In this document: in pieces, positions 26,108 through 39,015 of the stretch
Position numbering within the stretch: the stretch's first letter is position 1
Layout: the number at the start of each line of letters is the position of its first letter
From: Octopus vulgaris
Taxonomy: Eukaryota
Direction of reading: 5' to 3'
Assembly: GCA_951406725.2 (NCBI GenBank)
Contig: OX597829.1
Span: forward strand, 6,014,001-6,078,000
DNA: 64,000 bases
Notes under the pieces: generated by a model
What the model was told of the DNA's origin: nothing
The model's input: only the letters and a program-made list of their open reading frames with translations
Database searches by the model: none
Made by a program: the position numbers and the translations under genes

Positions 26108-26473
26108 TCTTTTACTTGCTTCAGTCATTTGACGGCAGCCATACTGGAGTACCGCCTCGAAGAGTATTAATTGAACAAATTGACCCCAGGAACTATTTCT
26201 TAAACCTAGTACTTATTCAATCGGTCACTTTTGCCGAAGTGATAAGTTACTGGGACGTACACACTATCAACGGTTGTCAAACGGTGGTGGGGGGGATAAA
26301 CACAGGCACAGAAACATATACACACATACACAAACTCACACACATATAAGACGGGCTTCTTCCATTTCCGTCTACAAAATCCAATCAAAGGCTTTGGTCG
26401 AACCGAGGCTATAATAGAAGACACCTGCCCATGGTGCCACGCAGTGGGACTGAACCCAGAACCATGTGGTTTG
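26108..26473 (-). mobile_element. SINE-A, near full length (right arm of the inverted pair)
   Basis: Reverse complement of SINE-A including the B box. Confidence 0.88.
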
Positions 26474-26730
26474 GTTCACACATACATATATACACAGCTT
26501 TACTCATGCACTCATATATCTATATTGTTGAATATATGAAAATCATCCGTATGTTGAGATTTGTGTGTGTGTATATAAATGCTTGCATATATTTATATGT
26601 GTGTGTTTGTGCGAGTTTTGTGTGCATGTAATTTTGTGTCTATGTTAAGATGTTTACACACACATGCGTATACTTGTATGTGTCTGTGTGTCTGTGTCTG
26701 TATACGTATATATATATATATATGTGTATG

Positions 26731-26859
<129 letters not shown>

Positions 26860-27659
26860 ATGTAAATATGTGTGTATGTGTGTGTATGAGCCCATGCAAA
26901 GACGCACATACATTTACATACGTACATACATACACACCGTATAGATGCGAACTTGCTCATACACATACAAATACTCGCACAAGCATCCCCATACACACAT
27001 GTACACACATACATACACACGCGTATTAACTTTTCACTCTGGCAACACAGGTGTCTGATCATGTAGTGTAACACCTGCGTTCTTCAAAACGGCCATCGTT
27101 TGGCCAGTCAAGCGAGGATGGCAAAATCGATGGAAGTAGAAGTATAAAATTATTGAAACAGTTGACCAATACTGACCACAAATATTTATATACATATATA
27201 TCTCTTAGCATCCCTTTCTATAGCTATTGTAGGTCACTTTATTTTGTGTAGCTTTCTATATACAAAGCTCTCATTGACAGGAAACTGCTCGTAGGGGTAC
27301 GGATGTAGTTAGTCTGAAAAGATAATAAAGAAAATAAAAAGAATAAATAAAATAAAAAAATAATACTTAATTTAAATGTTCAGGATTGAGACCTCACAAG
27401 ACGGCAATGTGTTAAATTATCGCCATTATAATTTATGAATTCTTTTAACAATTTCGTTGTTTTTAACCTGCTTTAATTCGTAGTTCACTTTGAAATGCAT
27501 CATTCCACTACATAGGTATTTCATTATATTTCTTTTATGTAATAAGTTACACTCTTCCATTCTAAGTTGGATTTGTGTTAATGAAATAATTAAAAGCGAG
27601 GATATAAGAGAAATTGAAACAACGTAAATCACCGATGTGTGTGTGTGTGTACAGATGCA

Positions 27660-28245
<586 letters not shown>

Positions 28246-28249
28246 CTAA

Positions 28250-29509
28250 TTATGGCACAATTTTTAGCGGTGGGGTGTTAGTATATTACACCCATTCCAG
28301 TGTTTGACAATTATTTTATTGACTCCGAAAGAAAGCAAAATTGTTCTCGGTGGAACTGAGACTTTGTATGTAAAATCTTTGAAGCATTACACAAAGATTT
28401 TATCCCGATGCTCTCACAATTCTGGCTGTTTCCCATATTCATGGTTTCTGATTTATGTACATGGCCAGCAGTATTAAAGGGAAGCTGGTAGTCACAGCCA
28501 GACTCGATCCTCCTGTGGTAGTTTATTTTATTGACTCCGTAAGGAAGAAAAACAAAGATGAATCTAGCAGAAATTGAACTAAGAACGTAATGAGCAAGAA
28601 TAAACAGTGCAAGTTAGTTTTCCGAGTCTCCAATGATTCTGTCAGCTCACCGTCTTGCTAACTGTTCCTGATTCAGGCACAATGCCAGCAAATTTGAGAC
28701 ACGGAGATTAGTCGATACCTCTGGACTTAGAACTTAACCTGTACTTCTGCCTCTCCAGTAAGCTGAAATCTAGATGTAGCCTTGTACGAAATCCAGCCTA
28801 AAATTTTGTTCGACACTTTAACCGTTTTCCAAAAAGATTATTCTAAGCATAATAATCCTTTCTACTTGAGGCACAATATCTCAAATTTGGTGGGTATGGA
28901 CTAGTTCATTACATCAACCACCAGTGTTTCACTGGTACTTAATTTATCGATCCCGAAATAATGAAAGGCAAAGTCGACATCGGCGGAATTTGAACTTAGA
29001 ACGTAGCGACGGGGGAAATACCTATTTCTTTACTACCCACAAGGGGCTAAACGCAGAAAGGACAAACAAGGATAGACAGACGGATTAAGTCGATTATATC
29101 GACCCCAGTGCGTAACTGGTACTTAATTTATCGACCCCGAAAGGATGAAAGGCAAAGTCGACCTCGGCGGAATTTGAACTCAGAACGTAACGGCAGACGA
29201 AATATTGCTGAACATTTCGCCTGGCGTGCTAACGATTCTGTCATCTCGCCGCCTTGATGTAAACACGGACGAAATACCTATTTCTTTACTACCCACAAGG
29301 GGCTAAATACAGAGAGGACAAATTAGGACAGACAAACGGATTAAGTCAATTATATCGACCCCTGTGCGTAACTGGTGCTTATTTAATCGACCCCGAAAGC
29401 ATGAAAGGCAAAGTCGACCTCGGCGGTATTTGAACTCAGTACGTAACGGCAGACGAAATACCGCTAAGCATTTCGTCCAGCATACTAACAATTCTGCCAG
29501 CTCGCCGTC
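28250..29509 (-). mobile_element. Array of SINE-B copies (old at left, younger from 28855)
   Basis: Three clear AAAGGCAAAGTCGACCTCGGCGGAATTTGAACTCAG units plus degenerate ones. Confidence 0.85.
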
Positions 29510-29560
29510 TTTTAGTCTTAGCATAATACTGTGAAGGATTGTTTATTACACTTCCGTCAG

Positions 29561-29584
29561 ATGAAGGTACAATTTCAAAGACAG
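29561..29584 (+). other. Candidate 24-nt microexon (unverified)
   Basis: TTACACTTCCGTCAG|ATGAAGGTACAATTTCAAAGACAG|GTAACT. Confidence 0.2.
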
Positions 29585-31232
29585 GTAACTACTTATGTGA
29601 TTGTTTTCATAAAATTAAATGAGGGGAAGAAAAGAGGAAGAATATATGATCTACGAAATAGATGGTAATATGGATGACACAGTACTCCTAGTACTGTAAA
29701 AACTTCAACTAAAGCCAGTTGCTGAACTCCATATATCGAACAACAAGTGCGCTCTCACAAAGGTTTTCTCTTAAACACAGGTGCATATTTAGTGTAGATC
29801 TATATTTCTAATCATTTTCTCCTCGGTTACCCACAGTTTGATAAACTGAATGGAGAATGGAGTTTCCATCTCCTCCGTTACATTGAAAAAAAATCGATTG
29901 ACAGCTTCACAGAAAAGTAGCTTATCAGTTCTCATTCATTTCAGCCTCACCACTAAACAGAGCAAATCTGAGTACTTAGTCTTATTTAAGGAGAGTAGAC
30001 ACGGAAGATAGCCGGATCCATCCTATACGTGACAACAACGGTTTGACACAACTTTACAATCCAAATTTTTCAACCTCTCTATGACAGTATGTATTTATGT
30101 ATTACAGATTTATCGCCTGGTCAGAATAAATACAACTATAAATGCTCTAAGTAGAGATGAGGAATAAATGAACTTTAGGTAGTTAAAATATGCTTGCAAC
30201 ATATTTCAGCTTCTAAAGACAAATTCACTGCATTTATCGTGGAGAAAAATTCTCGCTTAGGGTAAAAGATATAAAAACATTATGTCTGTTCAATTTCTCC
30301 CCATAGCGATCTCCGAAGTGTGTTTTTGGCTCCTTAGTCTTCATCAGTAGGACATATCGAAAAGAGACAACACTGAACAGATTCTAAAGCCGTAACTTTA
30401 TCTCAGAATGATCAATAATTCTCTACTCTGTCTATCCTGATCAGGTGGTCCGCGAGCACAATCAGTTACTGATATCGATTGTTCTAAGCTAGAAACGCGT
30501 TTGGGAGTCCACTAAGTGAAGAACATACATAGTCTTTCTAAACCTTTTATCAGAAAAGATAACGTTTGTCTTCATGTTGACTGCAGTGAATTTGCCTTTA
30601 GAAATTACAATAAGTCCGAAACGTATTTTAACTAAATTGAAACTTGTTTAACCCTCATCACTGCAAGGTGTTAATACTATTGGATTATATATACTTATAT
30701 ATTTGTATATATATATAGTTATGGTTTATTCTGTTAAGAACGTAGTAGAGTACAGTATAAAGTGCGTCCTCCTTTAAATTTCATCCTGTGCTATTCAGTA
30801 GAAGTATTGTACGCACACCCAGGTTTGCGTTTGGGCGTCTGTCGTTTTTGAATAGATAACTGAAAATATTTGAAGTAAAAAAAATGGAGTACGGTTGGAC
30901 GTTTATTTTCAATCACTGCAATCGTTTCTATACAACGTAGTTCTCCAGGCGTGCAAGTACTTGATTGTGCAACCGTCTGCTTGCATTATGAGATCTAGTT
31001 GTGTTTCCTTAGGCGATAAGTAAATAATGCATCAGTAAGTTCAAATTTCTGGCTTCAGGAACACTCTCCCACTGTGTCGTGGCCTGGACTGAGTTTATCA
31101 GAGGCGAGTTGTTGCTGAAGGACCGTTGGCAAAATGTACTGCTTTGTTCTTACTGTCCTGTTTTTGTTACCACTTTAACTCTCTGCAAAAAAATCCCCAA
31201 TTTTACTTAATTTGCTTTTCGGGAAGGACTGT

Positions 31233-31293
31233 CGCGTCTTGTCCCTACCTTCGAAACGCGGAGTAGATAAAACAGGGGACAGCTGATGAAGGG
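31233..31293 (+). ncRNA. Permuted hammerhead candidate, copy A
   Basis: CGCGT-C-TTGTCCCT-a-CCTTC-GAA-ACGCG-linker-GGGGACAG-CTGATGA-A-GGG. Confidence 0.65.
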
Positions 31294-31431
31294 AATGTTC
31301 TTTATGTTGCCTCGTTTGTTTATTTGTTTCATTCGTTGTTCGAAACAAATGTTCGTTTTCTATGTTTTGTTTTATGTTCTCGTTTCTCGTTTTGTTGACG
31401 TTTATTTTTGATGTCCTATACCCATATATGC

Positions 31432-31506
<75 letters not shown>

Positions 31507-31531
31507 TATGCATATATTTATATATACATAT

Positions 31532-31566
<35 letters not shown>

Positions 31567-31573
31567 CATATAT

Positions 31574-31639
<66 letters not shown>

Positions 31640-31644
<5 letters not shown>

Positions 31645-31730
31645 GAAAATTCCCCAAAAACAAAAGACGAAGACAGGTAGTGCAGACAACAAGCAGATGT
31701 ATTAGTATAACGCTCGGGAAGTGAAAAAGT
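31640..31730 (-). mobile_element. Penelope pLTR extreme 3' fragment
   Basis: Reverse complement resembles 19405-19495; lies between (TA)n tracts. Confidence 0.75.
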
Positions 31731-31800
31731 GTATATATATATAAAAACTTACTTGGAGAACAGAAAAGAAACGAAACGACGCGAGGGCGCTCAGTCATGC

Positions 31801-32654
31801 AATAAATTAATAAATAAAATATATGCATACATACATACATATATGTACGTACCTACATCTACATGTATATATTAAAATGCATATATAAATATATATATGT
31901 GAGTACAGGACACCACAAATAGGCGTAGAACTCAACGAGAAACGAAAACGTAAAAACAAACATGGAAACAGACTTTATTTAACAACGAAAAAACAGAGTA
32001 CATGACAAACAATACAAGGAAAATTCCCCTTCATCAGCTAGTTCGACTCCATTTCTGGTTTCCTTTCCTCTCTATCTCTCTCTCTCTCACTCCTCCTCAT
32101 CTCTCACACAGCCGAGTCGACCACTTCCTTTCGCTGGCGGCCTCCTACAAGTGAACATGCTTTTTTCCTGCGCTCTTAAATTTTTCCATCGTTTAGGCTA
32201 AAAAAAGGCCCTCAATGTTTGTTTCCTTGTCCTGTTTTTATTCTTTACTTGTACTGTATTTCTTTTGCATTTGTATTTTTATTTTGTATTTGTTTTTTAT
32301 TTGTAATGTTTTTACGTCCTGTTTTTGTCACATTTTTTTTATTTCCTTGTTTTTACCCCTCTGCAAAGGAATTTTATTTAATTCTTTCGCAGGAAGGGCT
32401 AGTTCGACGAGTCGTGTTCTGTCTTTACCTTCGAAATACGCATGGAGTCGAACTAGGGACAGCTGATGAAGGGGAATTTTCCTTGTATTGTTTGTCTAGT
32501 ACTCTGTTTTTTCGTTGTTAAATAAAGTCCGTTTCCATGTTTGTTTTTACGTTTTCATTTCTCGTTGAGTTCTACGTCTATTTGTGGTGTCCTGTACTCA
32601 CATATATATATTTATATATGCATGTATATATACATGTAGATGTAGGTACGTACG

Positions 32655-32686
<32 letters not shown>

Positions 32687-32722
32687 TGTATGTATGTATG
32701 TATGCATATATTTTATTTATTA

Positions 32723-32727
<5 letters not shown>
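31801..32727 (+). mobile_element. Non-coding element with inverted terminal duplication (Penelope-type inverted pLTR)
   Basis: 31801-32051 is the reverse complement of ~32443-32727; body homologous to 62385-63000; ends at (TA)n. Confidence 0.75.
32399..32474 (+). ncRNA. Permuted hammerhead candidate, copy C
   Basis: CTAGTTCGAC-gagt-CGTGT-T-CTGTCTTT-a-CCTTC-GAA-ATACG-catgga-GTCGAACTAG-GGACAG-CTGATGA-A-GGGG. Confidence 0.65.
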
Positions 32728-32756
<29 letters not shown>

Positions 32757-32761
<5 letters not shown>

Positions 32762-33335
32762 AAAGTAAAATAGGGGTTTTAAAAGTAACCCACTATGGGA
32801 TATCAGTTATTCAATATACTGCAGGTAAAGTACCCAAATACTAAATACATAAATGCTTTTAATTGCAATGCAATTAATTAATTCATTGTATTGAATGGGT
32901 GAAGGTAAAATATATTTTTTCGTAAATTCGTAATACAAATAAGAAAATGGAGAAACAAATTCATTTTGATCCTCAACTTACGGATATTACAATTTCACAT
33001 TATTTATTAATTATACAATGGGAGCGTCAAAATCGAACAAGACAACATACAATATACATCAATATGTAATATAATAATAACAATAATACAAATAAACTGT
33101 TCCTTACAGCTGTTTCAGCCTATGGTCAAGAGTCACTTCAACTTATATTGCCTATAGATGCCAGTGTAATATAGTTCTAGGCATTAAAAATTATACTTGT
33201 ATGTTTAAATAACCAAAGGCCTCGCCAGAGGATATAAATAACTAGAAAAAATATAATACTAATATTGATATATAAAACATGCTTCACTTATTATCCATTA
33301 TAAACAAGTAAATATATAAGACAAATATTCAAAAT

Positions 33336-33392
<57 letters not shown>

Positions 33393-33707
33393 CATATATA
33401 TATATATATTTATATATATATATATTTATATATATATGCATATAAAAAATATACAAATATACATACATATACATACATAGGCAAATCGTACATAATAATC
33501 ACATGTGCAAAATACATAAATAACAACATTGAACGATATATTACATTACATTGGGTATATCATGCTTCGTATAGTCAAGTAAATGCATTCTAATGTATAT
33601 ATACTACCCCTTTTAACAGTACCAACAGTATTGTTGTTTTAACGATAATACTAAACAACATGACAGAAATTCATGAAACAAGGTACGAAGTATGGATATT
33701 CACACAT

Positions 33708-33738
<31 letters not shown>

Positions 33739-35057
33739 CACATATGCACAAACAAAATATTTGCGTATGAATATATTAATCATACAAACATAATCTAAAT
33801 ATTACTTAACACATTCACATAACACGAACAAATTTAATTCTAGCATCCAAAACATTCAATCCGAATTATATGTCCAGGAAGGGTCAGTTCCACAAAATAT
33901 AAGTCTCTGTTATATGCATATATGATTTCACGATGTTTACATTCTTGTTATATGGATATTAAAATTAATACATCCACATAATCAAATAAATTTAATTTTA
34001 AAAAACATAGTAGTAACTTAAACTCCATGTCGATTTTAATTTAGTCCGAGGTTTGCGTTAATGCATGCATATTAAATATTTAAAGATATTTGAAATTATA
34101 TTGGGGGTTAGGGAGCAGTCATTTAAATTATTGGCTATTTAACCTATGCATATTAAATATTTAAAAATATATTAGGGTTTAGGGAGCGGTCACGTAAATT
34201 CCTGATCTATTTCCAATTTGCTAATTCATTTAAACGCATCCGCTAGGCCTGTTTTAAAACAATATGGGGTCAGAAAGTTAGTTAAACTGATCATAATTGT
34301 TTATCTAAACTGAATAAAATGTTGACTAAAAGTACATTCATTTATATGTTAAGACTTGGATAGGTATTTACAAACAACAGACACCTATATTTACGGTCGT
34401 ATTTATACATAAGAAGTGATTTATACCTAAGAAGTGAATGATACTTACCTATAGGGTTACGCGTTAAGTAAAACAAAAAATAAAAAATAATAATTATATC
34501 TATTATCTTATTTTACATATACGAATTGCATTTATACATATATACACGTCAAAGTATACTAAAACCAAAATGTAAACGATGGACAACGCAAGCTTACATA
34601 TAATTATGCAATGCGTAAACATAAACAGCTATGTCCACTATATTATTTTATACTTACGACATGCATTTATACATACATGCACATATATGCAAATTTAAAC
34701 CAAAAAGTATACGATGGACATCGTAAACTTACATTTATTTACTCATTTCGTAAACAAAACCAGCTATATTAACTAACTTATCTAACCCTTTTGAATAGCA
34801 TATACATATATACATAATGCATACTTCCACAAAAAAGTACATAATGGACAACGCAAACTCGCATTTAATGGAATACATATAAATATATTTATGCATCCAT
34901 TCCCATATACACAATCTTACATACATGAAAGTGGATGAGAAAACCATCATGTACTGCCAATAAAAATATAAAAACACATGTCCATGTACACATATATGTA
35001 CATATATATATATGCATATATATATATATACACACACACACACATAAACGCACCCCC

Positions 35058-35103
<46 letters not shown>

Positions 35104-35809
35104 ATATATACATACATATACATACAAGCAAATATACAATCCTCCTAAACGGACACATATATAAACACAAACAAACATTCATACAAACATACTAATCTAA
35201 ACACGCATATTCATACATCCACATTTCTGCCTCAATAATTATACGAATGCCTACAAAATTAACCCCAATAGGTATACCTACTATTAAACAAGGATAGACA
35301 GATACAAAAAGCAAACATTAGAAGTTTATATATAGAAGTTTATATATTTATACAAATATACATATATATACACTTATATATATACACACATACATACATA
35401 CATACACACATACAACGATATATACACATATATTCTTACATACTTACAGACCAGTACAAACATCACCTATACAAATGTGTACTGAAGTCCATATATAATA
35501 TCTAATATACAAGAAAATAACATAAAAAATAATACTTGAAACTACCACATGCATGCACACAAATAAACATAGGCTGAAACAGCTGTAAGGAGCAGCTTAT
35601 TTGTACTATTTTTATTATTATATTACATATTGATGTATATTGTATATTGTCTTGTTCGATTTTGATGTTCCCATTTGTATAATTAATAAATAATGTGAAA
35701 TTGTAATATCCGTAAGTTGATGATCGAAATGAATTTGTTTCTCCATTTTCTTATTTGTATTACGAATTTACGGTAAAAATATTTTTTACCTTCACCCATT
35801 CAATACAAT
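32757..35809 (-). mobile_element. ~3-kb non-coding element with ~240-bp inverted repeats and a hammerhead motif (non-autonomous Penelope-like)
   Basis: Arms 32885-33124 and 35568-35809; (TA)n on both sides; internal short direct repeats; no ORF. Confidence 0.65.
33101..33232 (-). ncRNA. Type I hammerhead-like motif with extended stem II
   Basis: TCCT-CTGGCGA-GGCCTTTGGTTA...TGACCATAGGCT-GAAA-CAGCT-GTA-AGGA; palindromic stem III ACAGCTGT; A6 is G. Confidence 0.7.
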
Positions 35810-35822
35810 ATATATATATATA

Positions 35823-36183
35823 TGATGGACTCACCTGTCGGTTTCGACGTATGTGGCTCCGACAACGTACTCTTAATGCTTACGGCGAAGGTGACATTTA
35901 AGTCCCGCCAACGATTTGCGAAGTAGGCCACAGATATTGCAAGTATGAAGATTACAGGTCAGTGCAGGTGGTATGTTTGCAGCCACTTTTTTCCTTTGCC
36001 TTGCACCCCGAAGCCTGTTAATGCTGGTTGCAACAAAGTTTTTAATATCATTTTGACACAACGATCTCCATTTTGTTCGTTCCAAGCCTGTTTGCTCAAA
36101 GGTGTTGTGAGCTATCTTCAACTCTATGAAGTTATTCAACTTCTCCTTATATCTAAGCCATGATCGACCAACATTCCGTTGGC

Positions 36184-36187
<4 letters not shown>
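35823..36187 (-). mobile_element. RTE-clade LINE 3' fragment
   Basis: GRSWLRYKEKL...ERTKWRSLC...CNICGLLRKSLAGLKCHLRRKH stop, then a short 3' UTR. Confidence 0.75.
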
Positions 36188-36217
<30 letters not shown>

Positions 36218-36249
36218 CATCGGTATGTTTCTATGTATTATGTATTTAT

Positions 36250-36689
36250 ATAGGCGTAGGAGTGGCTGTGTGATAAGTAGCTTAAGGCTAACCAACCACA
36301 TGGTTTCGGGTTCAGTCCTACTGCGTGGCACCTTGGTCAAGTGTCTTCTACTAGAGCCTCGGGCCGACCAAAGCCTTGTGAGTGGATTTGGTAGACGGAA
36401 ACTGAAAGAAGCCCGTCGTATATATATATATATGTATGTATGTATGTACGTACGTATGTATGTATGTATGTATGTATATGTTTGTGTGTCTGTGTCTGTC
36501 CCCCCAACATCGCTTGGCAATCAATGCTGGTGTGTTTACGTCACGGTCACTTAGCGGTTCGGCAAGAGAGATCGATAGAATAAGTACTAGGCTTACAAAG
36601 AATAATTCCTGGGATCGATTTTCTTGACTAAAGGCGGTGCTCCAGCATGGCCGCAGTCAAATGACTGAAACAAATAAAAGACATAAAAG
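36250..36689 (+). mobile_element. SINE-A, full length
   Basis: A-box-like TGGCTGTGTG, B-box-like GGGTTCAGTCC, CORE-like CACCTTGG.CAAGTGTCTTC segment, tail. Confidence 0.92.
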
Positions 36690-36758
36690 ACAGACGTTTA
36701 CATGTGCATGTCCATACATCTCTCTCTGTCTCTGTCTGTCTGTTTGTCTCTCTCTTTA

Positions 36759-36824
<66 letters not shown>

Positions 36825-37512
36825 CTATTATGCAAAAGTGTAAATCCAAAACGCTGCTTTTTCAGAAAACGAAAATATAGTTTCACCATTCCATACCAAA
36901 AGAATTGTACTACGCTTTGACAACTTTTGTTATCTTGGAATCGGAATTTGACCAAAAGCCCCGGCTATTGCACGCAAAAATAAATATTGAAACAAAAAAG
37001 CATTTGGTCAAATTTGGACATACGACAGTTTAACATAATAACAATGATACATACACATACACACACTTACATATAAGAGACCAATGTGTTCGTACACCGC
37101 TATATTTTCATATATAAAAAATACAAAATTTGGACAAGAACGCAAAACATCCAGTCAGGATGATACAAAATGGGACTACAAAACATCCAGACAGACGATA
37201 GTGTATATATATATTTCTATATCTAACGATGCCTCTGTATATGTGCGCGCGGATGTATGTATGCATATTTATGTGTGTATATATATGTATACATATGTGT
37301 GTGTTTTCTGAATATTTCAATCACACTTTTAAGACTAATTCTCCACAAAATTAAAAAAATTAAGAACCACGTTACCATAGATAGATGTTGCTTTTGCTCT
37401 TTTGGTGTTGAACATTTGCGACGTTTTTCAGAATAGTGATATATATCTTAAGTTATTTCAGAAAAATTTGCAGTCAGCAAAACGAAGTACACACACATAT
37501 GCATGTGTTTTG

Positions 37513-37547
<35 letters not shown>

Positions 37548-38567
37548 CGTGCGCGCGTACATACACACGCGCGCGTTTATGAGTGAGTGGTTTTGTGCGT
37601 GAGTGTTTTGTAAACCAATTGTATTGTGTAAATATTTTGAATATATTAAACATCGTGCTCGGTAGGTTTTTAGCTCCATTGTTCAAAGACCGTTTCCCCC
37701 CTCCCCTGGTTCTTTGATAAGTTGAGAAATATATCTGACCTACTTTTATTACAATTTTATTATTATTTCTATCTCAGGATTGTTCTGTGTATTTTGAATC
37801 GCTTTAAACAGTTTTAATGAGTTAACAATATCGATCAATCAATTACACACCTTTTACCATTTACCTACTTTTGAATTTAATAATGATATTTAGCACGAAC
37901 CTTACTGTGTACCTCAGTTGGGTGACAGAATTCTACGGTGCTGAGTCTGGAATGAAAACACAGTAATAAAAATACTTGGTCCGATGTCGTATTGATTCTT
38001 CCAAATATTGGTTCACAGCATCGGCACATGACCACAATCTGTTTTGGGATGGGTTTAATCAATTATATCGATTTAATTGGTACTTATGTTAGCGACTCTC
38101 GAAGCATGATAAACGTTGATCTCAGTGGGATTTTAATTCATAAATTGCAGGGACTTAAGTAAACACGGCAAAGCATTTTCTCCGACTCTCTAACGATTCT
38201 GCCAAAATATTAGCAAAGATTAGGACGGTGAATGGCAAAATCGGTAGCCTTCTATATGTGTATGTATAGATACATACGTTGAATTGGACCTGGAAGGACA
38301 TACGACGCTTTAAATAATACTATGTAAATATTGGACTGATAGAAATATTCGGCATCTGCCTGTGTCACTACTATGTATGTATGCGTGTGCGTTTTTCTTT
38401 TTTATCGGTGATGCTGAAACATTGTCGCCCGAAGAAACGTCCTCGGGACAACTCAGAATCAATTGATAAATGCAGAGTACTTTTCATCCCGTTTTCACGC
38501 ACAATCACATAAACACACGCACAACATTATCGACTGCACATACTTATGTATGTGATTTGTCTGTTCC

Positions 38568-38668
38568 CCGGTTTGCTGCGGTGGAGCGCATGAAGCACGA
38601 TATCAACATTGTGGTGTTTCAAGTGCAATAAGGGAGCTGTTTTTCAGCCGCTTTATGCAGCGAACCGG
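38568..38668 (+). other. GC-rich fold-back, possible three-way-junction RNA
   Basis: About 20-bp closing stem with G-U pairs plus two inner hairpins. Confidence 0.35.
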
Positions 38669-38969
38669 CGAATTAACAAAAGACATACTTTAAATATGTG
38701 CCACTTATAATATCTATAATACATAGAATAAAATAATGCAATATAATATAATATATGTGTGTGTATGCGTGTGTATGTGTATGTGTGTATACGCACACAC
38801 ACATTCACACACATATAAATTGTTATTAATTCGAAAGAGTGGAGGAATAAAGGAGATTAAGTTGAAAATGCACAGAGAATTAATTAGAATTAATTAGAAT
38901 TTTTTAATTATGTTTTAAAATATAGGAACATATTCTATCCTTTCGACATCAGATTTTCAAAAGTGTAGA

Positions 38970-39015
<46 letters not shown>

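Noticed and set aside
32428-32474. Reading the permuted motif as an ordinary type II hammerhead
   Set aside because: No consistent stem III or stem I hairpin forms between GAAA and CUGAUGA; the co-varying partners lie upstream.
34104-34190. TTAGGG telomere-like words
   Set aside because: Two isolated copies within a short internal duplication, not an array.
35873-36520. 215-aa ORF with a C2H2 finger as a host zinc-finger gene
   Set aside because: Chance fusion of antisense SINE-A sequence with an RTE C-terminus.
38588-38625. SECIS-like ATGA-N11-AA
   Set aside because: The 3' strand lacks the GA of the quartet and pairs Watson-Crick instead.
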